Of a DNA stretch of 64,000 nt, positions 28,506-36,871 are shown one piece after another; position 1 is the first letter of the stretch, and each line of letters starts with the position of its first letter. The stretch is from Flavobacteriales bacterium. Lineage in GTDB: Bacteria; Bacteroidota; Bacteroidia; Flavobacteriales_F; PHOS-HE28. The stretch covers positions 45,649 through 109,648 of the forward strand of contig JAEUTA010000011.1 in assembly GCA_016788205.1 (NCBI GenBank), written 5' to 3'. Under the pieces are notes generated by a model, which worked only from the letters and a program-made list of their open reading frames with translations, had not been told where the DNA came from and ran no database searches. Both the position numbers and the translations under genes were made by a program.

Positions 28506-29504
28506 ATGCCTCTTCCCCTCATCGCCATTCTGCGCGGCGGCTACACCGGCGAATCCGTCATCAGCATGCAAAGCGCGCGAACGATGATGGAAGCGCTGGA
28601 CACCACGCGGTTCCAAGGGTTGTACGTAACGGTGGGCCGTGAGACCTGGACGTGCGAGCGCGCCGATGGCACGGACATCGCCTTCGATCGTGCCTTGTTC
28701 ACCGCGGACGATGGCCAGGGGCACACACGGTTCGCGGCAGCGCTGATCGCCATACACGGCACGCCCGGGGAGGATGGCAAGCTGCAAGGTTATCTGGACA
28801 TGCTGGGCGTGCCCTACCAGACCGGTGGTGTGCTGCCCATGGCCATCACCATGAGCAAATTCAGCACCACGGGCCTGCTGCGCCAGATGGGCTTCAACGT
28901 GGCGCGGTCGCTGTTGCTGCGCGAACGCACCGCGGACACCGAACGGCGCGTGCTGGCCGATGTGGGCCTGCCCTGTTTCGTGAAGCCGGACGGCAGCGGC
29001 AGCAGTCTCGGCATCAGCAAGGTGAAGACCGCGGAGGAACTCGCTGCGGCGCTGGACAAGGCCTTCGCCGAGGACAGCAGCGTAATGTGCGAGGCCTTCG
29101 TGAAAGGGCGGGAGCTCACCTGCGGGGTGATCCGGCTGAACGGCGTGGTGCGCGCATTACCGGTGTGCGAGATCCGGACGAGCAGCGAGTTCTTCGACTA
29201 CCACGCGAAGTACCACGCCGCCGATACGCAAGAGCTGATCCCGGCGCCACTTCCGGATGAGGTGACGCGCACCGTGCAACAACGGTCCGAAGCGATCTAC
29301 ACCGCGCTGAAATGCGACGGCATGGTGCGCGTGGACCATTTCTGGGCCACCACCGATGACCGCACCGGCGATGTGGTGACGATCGAAGTGAACACCACGC
29401 CCGGTTTCAGCCCGGCGAGCATCTTCCCCAAGATGTTGAACGTTTCCGGCATCGGTGTTCCAGCCGCCATCAATGGGCTGGTGGCAGCGATGCTTCAGCG
29501 GTAG
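28506..29504 (+). CDS. ddl: D-alanine--D-alanine ligase
   Basis: HGTPGEDG, FVKP..GSSLG, FFDYHAKY, EVNTTPG. Confidence 0.94.
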   Translation: MPLPLIAILRGGYTGESVISMQSARTMMEALDTTRFQGLYVTVGRETWTCERADGTDIAFDRALFTADDGQGHTRFAAALIAIHGTPGEDGKLQGYLDMLGVPYQTGGVLPMAITMSKFSTTGLLRQMGFNVARSLLLRERTADTERRVLADVGLPCFVKPDGSGSSLGISKVKTAEELAAALDKAFAEDSSVMCEAFVKGRELTCGVIRLNGVVRALPVCEIRTSSEFFDYHAKYHAADTQELIPAPLPDEVTRTVQQRSEAIYTALKCDGMVRVDHFWATTDDRTGDVVTIEVNTTPGFSPASIFPKMLNVSGIGVPAAINGLVAAMLQR

Positions 29505-30079
29505 CGCGCCGTCAGGGACCGTACCAATGCCTCCACCGCACGCGCCCGGTGGCTGATGGCGTTCTTCGCCGCCTTGTCCATTTCTGCGAAGGTGAGCGTG
29601 GACCCGGCCGGTATGAAAACGGGGTCGTAACCGAAGCCGCCAAGGCCCCGGGGCGCCAGCGCAATGGTGCCATCCACGCGCCCTTCGAAGGTCTCTTCCA
29701 CACCCTCCCGGATGAAGGCGAGCACCGTGCGGAAACGCGCACGACGGTCCTGCACACCGTGCAACGCCCCTAACAGCTTGGCCATGTTGGCGGCGGCATC
29801 GCGTTGCTCACCGGCATAGCGGGCCGAGTACACACCCGGCTCGCCGTGCAGCGTATCCACTTCAAGTCCGGTATCGTCAGCGATGCATGGCAGTCCGCAG
29901 CGCTCATGCGCGAACCGGGCCTTTTGGAGCGCGTTCGCCTGCAACGTATGCCCGGTCTCAGGCAGGTCCGCGGGCAGGCCCACATCGGCGAGGCCGAGCA
30001 GTTGAACGCTCGGCGGCAATAGGGCTTTCAGCTCGGCCATCTTGCCAGCGTTGCCGGTGCATAGCACGATGCGTTCCAT
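29495..30079 (-). CDS. rdgB: Non-canonical purine NTP pyrophosphatase
   Basis: TGNAGK, ADDTGLEV, PGVYSARY, FGYDP, KNAISHR. Confidence 0.95.
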   Translation of the reverse strand: MERIVLCTGNAGKMAELKALLPPSVQLLGLADVGLPADLPETGHTLQANALQKARFAHERCGLPCIADDTGLEVDTLHGEPGVYSARYAGEQRDAAANMAKLLGALHGVQDRRARFRTVLAFIREGVEETFEGRVDGTIALAPRGLGGFGYDPVFIPAGSTLTFAEMDKAAKNAISHRARAVEALVRSLTARYR

Positions 30080-30091
30080 GCGGCAATGCGT

Positions 30092-31030
30092 TCAGCTACG
30101 CTTGCGCGGCGCCACCAACGTGCTGCGTACCGCGTACTGTGGCTTGCCCCGTTGCATAAGGTAGAGGCGGCCCAGGTATTCGCCGATGAGCCCCAGGGTG
30201 AGCAATTGGATCCCCGCGAACACCAGCACCACCGACACGGTGGAGGCCCAACCCTGCGGCGTGTGGCGGACGAAACGTTCCACGATGGCGTAGATGGCCA
30301 TACCGAAACCCACCACACTGAACAAGGCCCCGATGACGCTGCTGATGCGCAAGGGCATCACCGAGAAGTTCACGAACATCATCATCCAATGGCGCACCAG
30401 CTTGCGCAACGTGTAGTTGCTCTTCCCTTCCATGCGCGGTGCATGCTCCACCTGCAACCGGCCGACGCGCCGCGTGTTCTCCAGGATCAACCCATCGATG
30501 TACGGGTAAGGGCCCGTGTACTCCAGGATGCGGTCGCGCATGAAGCGGTTGATGCAGCGGAAGCTGGAGAGGTAGAGCCCTTTGGGCTTGTCGATCATGA
30601 AACGCGCCACCGCATCGTTGAACCAGCTGCCGAAGTTGCGGAACCACGAGTGGTGTTTCTCGGCGTAGTGGGTGTACACCACGTCCAGTTCAGGGTGCGC
30701 GCGCGCATGTTCGAACACCTTGCGCACTTCGGAAGGCGGGTTCTGGAAATCGTCGTCGATGTTGATGATGAACGTGCCGCTGGCAGTGGCATAGCCCGCC
30801 ATCACCGCATTGTGCTCGCCGAAGTTGCGCGCAAGGTCGATGGCCACCACGGGAACGGGAGCGTTGGCGCAGATGCGCTGGATCACCTGCCAGCTGTCAT
30901 CCGGGCTGCAGTCGTTCACGAGCACCACCTCCATGCCGCCGTCGATGTGCAACTTGGAGAGTTCGTTCACCAGCCGCTCGATGCTGCGCGCACCGTTGTA
31001 AACGGGGATGACGATGGAAAGGGCTGTCAT
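30092..31030 (-). CDS. GT2 polyprenol-phosphate glycosyltransferase (GtrB/ArnC-like)
   Basis: IVIPVYN, VNDCSPD, RNFGEHNA, DDDFQNPP, two C-terminal TMs, GEYLGR. Confidence 0.9.
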   Translation of the reverse strand: MTALSIVIPVYNGARSIERLVNELSKLHIDGGMEVVLVNDCSPDDSWQVIQRICANAPVPVVAIDLARNFGEHNAVMAGYATASGTFIINIDDDFQNPPSEVRKVFEHARAHPELDVVYTHYAEKHHSWFRNFGSWFNDAVARFMIDKPKGLYLSSFRCINRFMRDRILEYTGPYPYIDGLILENTRRVGRLQVEHAPRMEGKSNYTLRKLVRHWMMMFVNFSVMPLRISSVIGALFSVVGFGMAIYAIVERFVRHTPQGWASTVSVVLVFAGIQLLTLGLIGEYLGRLYLMQRGKPQYAVRSTLVAPRKRS

Positions 31031-31033
31031 GCG

Positions 31034-31765
31034 TCAGGGGCGTTGGGCGATGAGGAGCACGGATCCACCGAACGGCAACGGCAAGCCTGCGTTCAGCAAT
31101 GCGCTCTCGGCGCCTACGCACGCGCGGAACACCCCATTGGCGAGCGGGTTGAAGGGCGTGACATCACTGGCGGGCGGAGCGGGAAGCACTTTGCGGCGAA
31201 GGAGCATCAGGGGGAAGAGCACCGTGTTCCAATACGACGCGAAGATGAGCCTGAAACCATGCTCGCGCAAAAGCCCCTCCGCTTCCGAGCGGGTGTAGCG
31301 CCGTACCTGCCCCACGGCCTTATCGTGATAGGAGAGCATCCAGGGATAGGCGGCCATGTTAAGCACGCAGATACCGCCCGGCCGCAGCACCCGATGGAAA
31401 CCGTGGAGCGTGGCGCCCACATCGATCCGGTAGCCGAGCACATCGCAGCTCACCAAGGCATCGAATGACGCATCCGTGTAAGGCAGTGCGTCCACCGAGC
31501 CCACGGTTACCGTAGCACCGGTCTTTTCACGGGTGAACGCGCAAGCCTGCTCAGCGATATCCAGACCGTGGAGCCGGGCTTGGGGAAAGCGACGCGCGAT
31601 GGCCTTGAGCGTGCCCCCGGTGCCACAGCCAGCGTCCAATAACGTGGTCAGATGCCCGGCGTGCTTCTGCAGCGCGTTGACCACATTGGTGTGCAGCCCA
31701 TGGTACCACCACATGGTCTCCTCCAGGGCGGCCATACGCTCATATTCCTGAGGCACCATGCTCAT
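31034..31765 (-). CDS. Class I SAM-dependent methyltransferase
   Basis: EYERM...WWY, LDAGCGTG, LRPGG; ATGA coupling to the isomerase gene. Confidence 0.88.
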   Translation of the reverse strand: MSMVPQEYERMAALEETMWWYHGLHTNVVNALQKHAGHLTTLLDAGCGTGGTLKAIARRFPQARLHGLDIAEQACAFTREKTGATVTVGSVDALPYTDASFDALVSCDVLGYRIDVGATLHGFHRVLRPGGICVLNMAAYPWMLSYHDKAVGQVRRYTRSEAEGLLREHGFRLIFASYWNTVLFPLMLLRRKVLPAPPASDVTPFNPLANGVFRACVGAESALLNAGLPLPFGGSVLLIAQRP

Positions 31766-32181
31766 AGCCCCTTGTACCGCAGGTATTCGGCACGATCGCG
31801 CAGGTAATCCTCGGGATCGTACGGTCGGTCGCAGAAAACGAGAAGCACCGTATCCGTTCCTTCGAACACGATATGGTTCCAGATGCCCGGCGGGATGGAC
31901 AGGCCTTGCTCCGGACGGTCCAGTACGATGCGGCAGTGAGAACGCCCGTCGTCCAACACGATGGACACCCTTCCGTGCAAACAGACCAGCACCTGCGTGC
32001 AATACTTATGCGCATGGTCGCCGCGGATGCCGCCCGGAGGAACACCGGTGACCGTGAAGACCCGGTGGATGGCCATACCCAGGCTCTCACCACCCAGATC
32101 CGGCATAACGGTGAGGGCCCCGTTGCGGATGTGCTGCCAGAAACGGAGCTGTACGAGCGAACCGATGCTGCTGTCTTTCAT
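31762..32181 (-). CDS. dTDP-4-keto-6-deoxyhexose 3,4-ketoisomerase (FdtA/QdtA cupin)
   Basis: RGDHAH...Q.LVCL.G, GL.IPPGIW, YDPEDYLRD. Confidence 0.88.
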   Translation of the reverse strand: MKDSSIGSLVQLRFWQHIRNGALTVMPDLGGESLGMAIHRVFTVTGVPPGGIRGDHAHKYCTQVLVCLHGRVSIVLDDGRSHCRIVLDRPEQGLSIPPGIWNHIVFEGTDTVLLVFCDRPYDPEDYLRDRAEYLRYKGL

Positions 32182-33302
32182 GAAGCGCTGTTGAAGTAAG
32201 CCCGCACGGTTTGGATCACCCGTTGTTGATCGGCATCGGAAAGTTCCGGATAGAGCGGCAGTGAAAGGACCGTGACCGCGGCATCTTCCGTTACGGACAT
32301 ATCACCGGTACGCAGATGACCTTCGTAGGCTGGTTGCTGGTGCACGGGGTGCGGGTAGTGGATGCCAGCGTGGATGTTCGCGTTCAGGAGATGTGTACGC
32401 AACGCATCACGCACGGCACGCTGCGGAACACGGATGACGTACAAGTGGTGAACATGTTCACGACCATCAGCTTCCAGCGGACATGCGAACGGGAGATCGG
32501 CGAAAGCACTGGTATAGGCACGGGCCAACTCCCGGCGGCGAGCGGTATGCGCGTCCAGGTGCTTCAACTTCACCTCCAATATCGCCGCTTGCATCGGGTC
32601 GAGGCGGCTGTTCCACCCTTGGATCAAACTGTTCTGCGGGGTATCCCATCCATACTGACGTAACAACCGCAGGCGACGGGCCAGTTCCGGATCGGAGGTG
32701 AGCATCATCCCTCCATCACCGATGGCACCCAGGTTCTTGGTGGGGTAGAAACTGAACGTGGACACATGCCCGAAAGAGCCGACCCGCCGGCCATGGTAAC
32801 GCGCCCCGTGCGCTTGGGCACAGTCCTCCACAAGCTTCAGTCCCCTGCGTTCGCAAAGCGCACCCAGAGCGTTAAGGTCGGCGGGATGGCCGTACAGATG
32901 TACGGCGATGATGGCCTTGGTGCGCGCGGTGATCAACTCTGCTGCGGCACCTGGCGAGATGGTGTAGGTGGCAGGGTCCACATCGGCCAGCACCGGGGTG
33001 GCGCCAGCCATCACCACGGCAGCCACGGTGGCCACGGCGGTGTGCGACACGGTGATGACCTCATCACCCGGTCCGATGCCCAGCCCACGCAGCGCCAGGT
33101 GAATGGCATCGGTACCGTTATTCACTCCAACACCGTACCCGGCCCCGATGTAGGCCGCGAAGGCCGCCTCGAAACGAGAAACGGTTTCCCCCAGGATGTA
33201 GACAGGACCATCAAGCACGCCCTGTATGGCCGCATCGATCTCCTGTTTCAACTGTAGATACCCCGCTCGGGGATCCGCTACGTAGAGTGCCTTCTCCTCC
33301 AT
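32178..33302 (-). CDS. DegT/DnrJ/EryC1/StrS sugar aminotransferase (FdtB/QdtB-like)
   Basis: NNGTDA, VHLYG, EDCAQAHG, SFYPTKNLG, NSRLD, GIHYP. Start shortened to 33302. Confidence 0.92.
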   Translation of the reverse strand: MEEKALYVADPRAGYLQLKQEIDAAIQGVLDGPVYILGETVSRFEAAFAAYIGAGYGVGVNNGTDAIHLALRGLGIGPGDEVITVSHTAVATVAAVVMAGATPVLADVDPATYTISPGAAAELITARTKAIIAVHLYGHPADLNALGALCERRGLKLVEDCAQAHGARYHGRRVGSFGHVSTFSFYPTKNLGAIGDGGMMLTSDPELARRLRLLRQYGWDTPQNSLIQGWNSRLDPMQAAILEVKLKHLDAHTARRRELARAYTSAFADLPFACPLEADGREHVHHLYVIRVPQRAVRDALRTHLLNANIHAGIHYPHPVHQQPAYEGHLRTGDMSVTEDAAVTVLSLPLYPELSDADQQRVIQTVRAYFNSAS

Positions 33303-33429
33303 GGACACCGATGCTTTCCCGTGGCTCAAATGAACGGCGATCGCCCTCAACTCCGACCGGATCACAGCCAGACTGTTGGTACTTGCCGGTGGCACGGCCG
33401 ATGAAGGCTTCTTTATTTCTGGATCTTGC

Positions 33430-33454
33430 GCAGCCTTTTCCATCGAACGCCGTC
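33430..33454 (+). promoter_or_regulatory. Putative ECF-type promoter GCAGCC-N15-CGTC
   Basis: GCAGCCTTTTCCATCGAACGCCGTC; same spacing and T-tract as the 15677-15701 site; 30 nt before the ATG. Confidence 0.5.
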
Positions 33455-33484
33455 TATTTGTCGCCGAATTCTCCCCTGCAACGG

Positions 33485-34999
33485 ATGAGCCACGCTCCTG
33501 ACCGGTCCACCCTTCAGCGCTACTGGCTGTTCTTCCTGCTCTTCGCCCTGGCTTTCCGGGGGCTCTATGTAGCCCTCGAGATCTCCGAGCTGCGCCTGCC
33601 GGATACCATCGGCGTATTGTCCGTGCAAACGGGCGATACGAAGGGCTATCTCGACCCGATCGAAAGCGTACTGGCCGGTGGCCGCTACGAACCGGACTAT
33701 CGCATGCCCGGTGTAGGCGCCCCGTACTGGGTCTTCCGCCAGTTCTTGGATGTGGGCATGAGCCGCGACGCCATGGTGATCGTCCAATGGCTGCTTTCCG
33801 GTCTTTGTGTCTACCTCCTAGGGCTCATCGCAACACGGCTTTCGGGCTCTGATCGCGTGGGCCTGATCGTTTACGGCGCTTATCTGCTGAGCGCCTATGC
33901 CAGTTGGTTCGATGCCTCCATCTCTTCGGACAGCTTCGCGGTCTCCACCATCATCCTGACAGCGTTCTTCCTGCAACGGGCGGTGGACCGCTCCAGTCTG
34001 CGCGACCTCGTCCTGGCCGGCGCCTTCTTCACCTGGTTGGTATTCCTACGACCGGTCAGCGTGGCGCTATTCCTGCCCATGCTGGTGCTGCTTTGGCACT
34101 TCGGCACCTGGCCGCAACGGTGGAAGGCCATCATCGCCGTACTGCTCCCGTTCGCCATCGCCGATGGACTTTGGACGTACCGCAACTGGCGCGCGAACCA
34201 CGAATTCAGCCCGTTGACGAACCAAGGCTTGCTCCCTGCGGATTTCACCGATGAGATACGCGGGCACGTGATGGCGTTCCTCCAGGGCTATGGCGGCAAT
34301 TACATCTGGTGGACACCTGGTGCCGATGTGCGCTGGTACGGGGTATGGAAAGGGGGTGGTGAACTGGACGATGAAGGCCGCGATGCGAACCCTCCGCCGG
34401 ACCATGCCATCGTGGAGGGCTACACGCGGGACAGCCTGTATCTGATCAGTGAGCGGATCCGCGCCTGGTCCGCTGGTGGGCTGACGCCGCAGGATTCGCT
34501 GGCGGAAGCACGCAGCATCAACGCCAAATTGGACAGTTATGCGGACCTGTACAAAAGGGAAGCTCCCCTCAACTATCATCTCCTGAGCCGGGTGCGGATG
34601 CTGAAGAACGTGATGTGGCAACACGGTACCGAAGGCATACTCATGCGCCCGTTCCACACACTCCCCATCTGGATGCGCATCTTCAAGGTGATGCAGGTGG
34701 TCTTCTACGTGTTCGCCTATACGTTCGGCTCGTGCGCCGTACTGCTGCTGCTTTGGAACTGGCGAAAAGCACCCACCCTGCTGCATCTCTGGCTGCCCAT
34801 CATGACAGCCTATATGATACTCATCTATCCGGTGGTGCTGCGCATGTGCGAATGGCGCTACATGGTGCATCAGTTCCCACTGGCTCTGTTATTAGGCGTG
34901 GAACTGGGGCACCGGCTCATCCGGGGTATCCGTGCGAAAGGGATCAGTGGGCTGCGGGGTGCCGCCGTGCCATCCCGTGAGGCCGGGTTGATCAGCTGA
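33485..34999 (+). CDS. Polytopic membrane protein, probable GT-C (ArnT/PMT-like) glycosyltransferase
   Basis: First loop GDTKGY...YRMPG, SDS motif, LRP after TM, C-terminal EWRY; many TM segments. Confidence 0.65.
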   Translation: MSHAPDRSTLQRYWLFFLLFALAFRGLYVALEISELRLPDTIGVLSVQTGDTKGYLDPIESVLAGGRYEPDYRMPGVGAPYWVFRQFLDVGMSRDAMVIVQWLLSGLCVYLLGLIATRLSGSDRVGLIVYGAYLLSAYASWFDASISSDSFAVSTIILTAFFLQRAVDRSSLRDLVLAGAFFTWLVFLRPVSVALFLPMLVLLWHFGTWPQRWKAIIAVLLPFAIADGLWTYRNWRANHEFSPLTNQGLLPADFTDEIRGHVMAFLQGYGGNYIWWTPGADVRWYGVWKGGGELDDEGRDANPPPDHAIVEGYTRDSLYLISERIRAWSAGGLTPQDSLAEARSINAKLDSYADLYKREAPLNYHLLSRVRMLKNVMWQHGTEGILMRPFHTLPIWMRIFKVMQVVFYVFAYTFGSCAVLLLLWNWRKAPTLLHLWLPIMTAYMILIYPVVLRMCEWRYMVHQFPLALLLGVELGHRLIRGIRAKGISGLRGAAVPSREAGLIS

Positions 35000-35833
35000 T
35001 CACCGGAAGGGCATCCGCAACCACCAGGCGCCCGCCTCCAGATCCAGGTATTTCACTTCGGAACCGGGACATTCGTTGGCCCAACGTGCCGCCGTGGCCC
35101 GTTCATCGGCCCGCCCGCCATCGTCCAGAAGCACAACGGCACCTGGTGCCAGACGGTCCCGCAGCAAAGGCACGGCCGGGTAACGCGCCTGCGATTGAAC
35201 GGTCTCCGGAGGGCCGTCGACCACCAACAGGCCGATCGCATCCTTGGTCTGAAGGCCCTTCAGATCGTACCACTCGTGGCGTGCACCACCAACGGCGTGT
35301 TCCACCAACGGAGCGTCGATGACCTCGGCGAACGCGGTGAGGCCATGAAGCTCGAGCGCTCTTCGGGTGCGCGCGGCATAGACCGGGTCATGCTCCAACG
35401 CATAGACCTTCCCCTTACCCAAGCGCTGCAAGCAATAACCGATGATGACCGTGGATGTTCCGCTGCTGGCCTCCACTACGCAATCGGGCGCATTCTCCAA
35501 GACGTGCGTCATGATCTCGCGCAGCAGATCGGGAGACGCCGCCCAACCTCGCGTTGGAGGCAGGGGGTGAACCGGGCGCAGGAACTCGGACATACCGTAG
35601 AGCAACTCCCACTGCCTGTACGTGGCCCTGCTCTCGTGCAACTGACGGGCGAACAGCAGCTGGGCATAGTGCCGCGCTTCTATGACCAGATAGGCGAGGA
35701 AAACACACGCCAACACCGGAGGTATGACCAACGCTACCGTACCGAACAGCGCATGACCGATGATGCCTACGGCCAGGATGCCCAATGGCACCACCATTAC
35801 GATGATCCGCTGCCGCGGGGTCAACTTCTTCAT
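35000..35833 (-). CDS. Membrane-anchored class I SAM methyltransferase-like protein
   Basis: Two N-terminal TMs, GWAASPD, VEASSGTST, LEHD, VVDGPP, LLDD. Confidence 0.8.
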   Translation of the reverse strand: MKKLTPRQRIIVMVVPLGILAVGIIGHALFGTVALVIPPVLACVFLAYLVIEARHYAQLLFARQLHESRATYRQWELLYGMSEFLRPVHPLPPTRGWAASPDLLREIMTHVLENAPDCVVEASSGTSTVIIGYCLQRLGKGKVYALEHDPVYAARTRRALELHGLTAFAEVIDAPLVEHAVGGARHEWYDLKGLQTKDAIGLLVVDGPPETVQSQARYPAVPLLRDRLAPGAVVLLDDGGRADERATAARWANECPGSEVKYLDLEAGAWWLRMPFR

Positions 35834-35902
35834 GCGTTATCGGTATGCGACATGATCCGCTCCGGCCGCAAGATTAAGGCGAATCCGACACCTCGGAAAG
35901 CG

Positions 35903-35927
35903 GCAACCATCAGGCCCTTTTGCCGTT
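35903..35927 (+). promoter_or_regulatory. Putative ECF-type promoter GCAACC-N15-CGTT
   Basis: GCAACCATCAGGCCCTTTTGCCGTT, 13 nt before ATG 35941. Confidence 0.5.
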
Positions 35928-35940
35928 CTTTGGTGCAGTG

Positions 35941-36828
35941 ATGGTGGCATCGGTGAAAGGCTCGTTGAAGCGCTTGTACGAGGCGATCCCGTTCAAACGG
36001 GAGTTCTTCGGCCTGGTGAGGTCCATCATGCCCGTTCCGGAACCCGTCTTCAGGCACCTGCACTTCAAAGGGGTGTTCAAGGTGCCGGTTGATAGCCGTG
36101 GGTCGTTCCGCATGATGCATCATGGCTATGTGATCGAGAACGAACTCTTCTGGCGTGGTCTGAAGGGATGGGAGCACGTATCGCTGGAGCTTTGGCAACG
36201 CTTGTGCCACCGCTCGGACACGATCCTGGACATCGGTGCCAACACCGGGGTTTACGCCATGCTGGCACAGGCGGTGAACCCCGACGCTACCATCATCGCG
36301 GTGGAGCCCGTGGCGCGCGTCTTCCAAAAGCTCCAGGCCAATGCCGCTTTGAACGGTGCGCGGGTGCACACTGTGTGCGCTGCGGTGAGCGACCATACCG
36401 GTACCGCCACGTTGTACGACCTTCCCGACAGTGAACATGTGCTCTCCGTGTCCTTGGACCCGGAATGGAACAAACAAAGCACACGACTGAGGCCTGTGGA
36501 AGTGCCTACCACGACCGTGCTTGATCTGCTGCGAACGCACGGCAAGGAGAAGGCCTCCCTGCTCAAGATAGACGTTGAAACGCACGAACCGGCCGTGCTG
36601 GAAGGCTGTGGAACGCTTTTGAAGGAACATAGACCCACCTTGTTGATCGAACTGCTGAACGATGATGTGGCCGCGCGTGTCGCTACTTACGTTGACGGTC
36701 TTGGTTACGAATTCTATAACGTGGATGATGTGACGTGGCCTCCGCCGCGCGTGGCGACATTGGGCCGAAGCGGACACTTCAACTTCCTGATCTGCCAGCC
36801 CGACGTGGCGCGGGCCATCGGGCTGTGA
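35941..36828 (+). CDS. FkbM family methyltransferase
   Basis: LDIGANTG, AVEP, LKIDVETHE. Confidence 0.88.
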   Translation: MVASVKGSLKRLYEAIPFKREFFGLVRSIMPVPEPVFRHLHFKGVFKVPVDSRGSFRMMHHGYVIENELFWRGLKGWEHVSLELWQRLCHRSDTILDIGANTGVYAMLAQAVNPDATIIAVEPVARVFQKLQANAALNGARVHTVCAAVSDHTGTATLYDLPDSEHVLSVSLDPEWNKQSTRLRPVEVPTTTVLDLLRTHGKEKASLLKIDVETHEPAVLEGCGTLLKEHRPTLLIELLNDDVAARVATYVDGLGYEFYNVDDVTWPPPRVATLGRSGHFNFLICQPDVARAIGL

Positions 36829-36871
36829 TGACGCCCTTCACCGAACGGCTAGTTTCGCACTGCTGTTAACA

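Noticed and set aside
28506-29504. VanA-type D-Ala-D-Lac ligase
   Set aside because: The omega loop has DYxAKY (Tyr), typical of D-Ala-D-Ala ligases, and no vanH/vanX is nearby.
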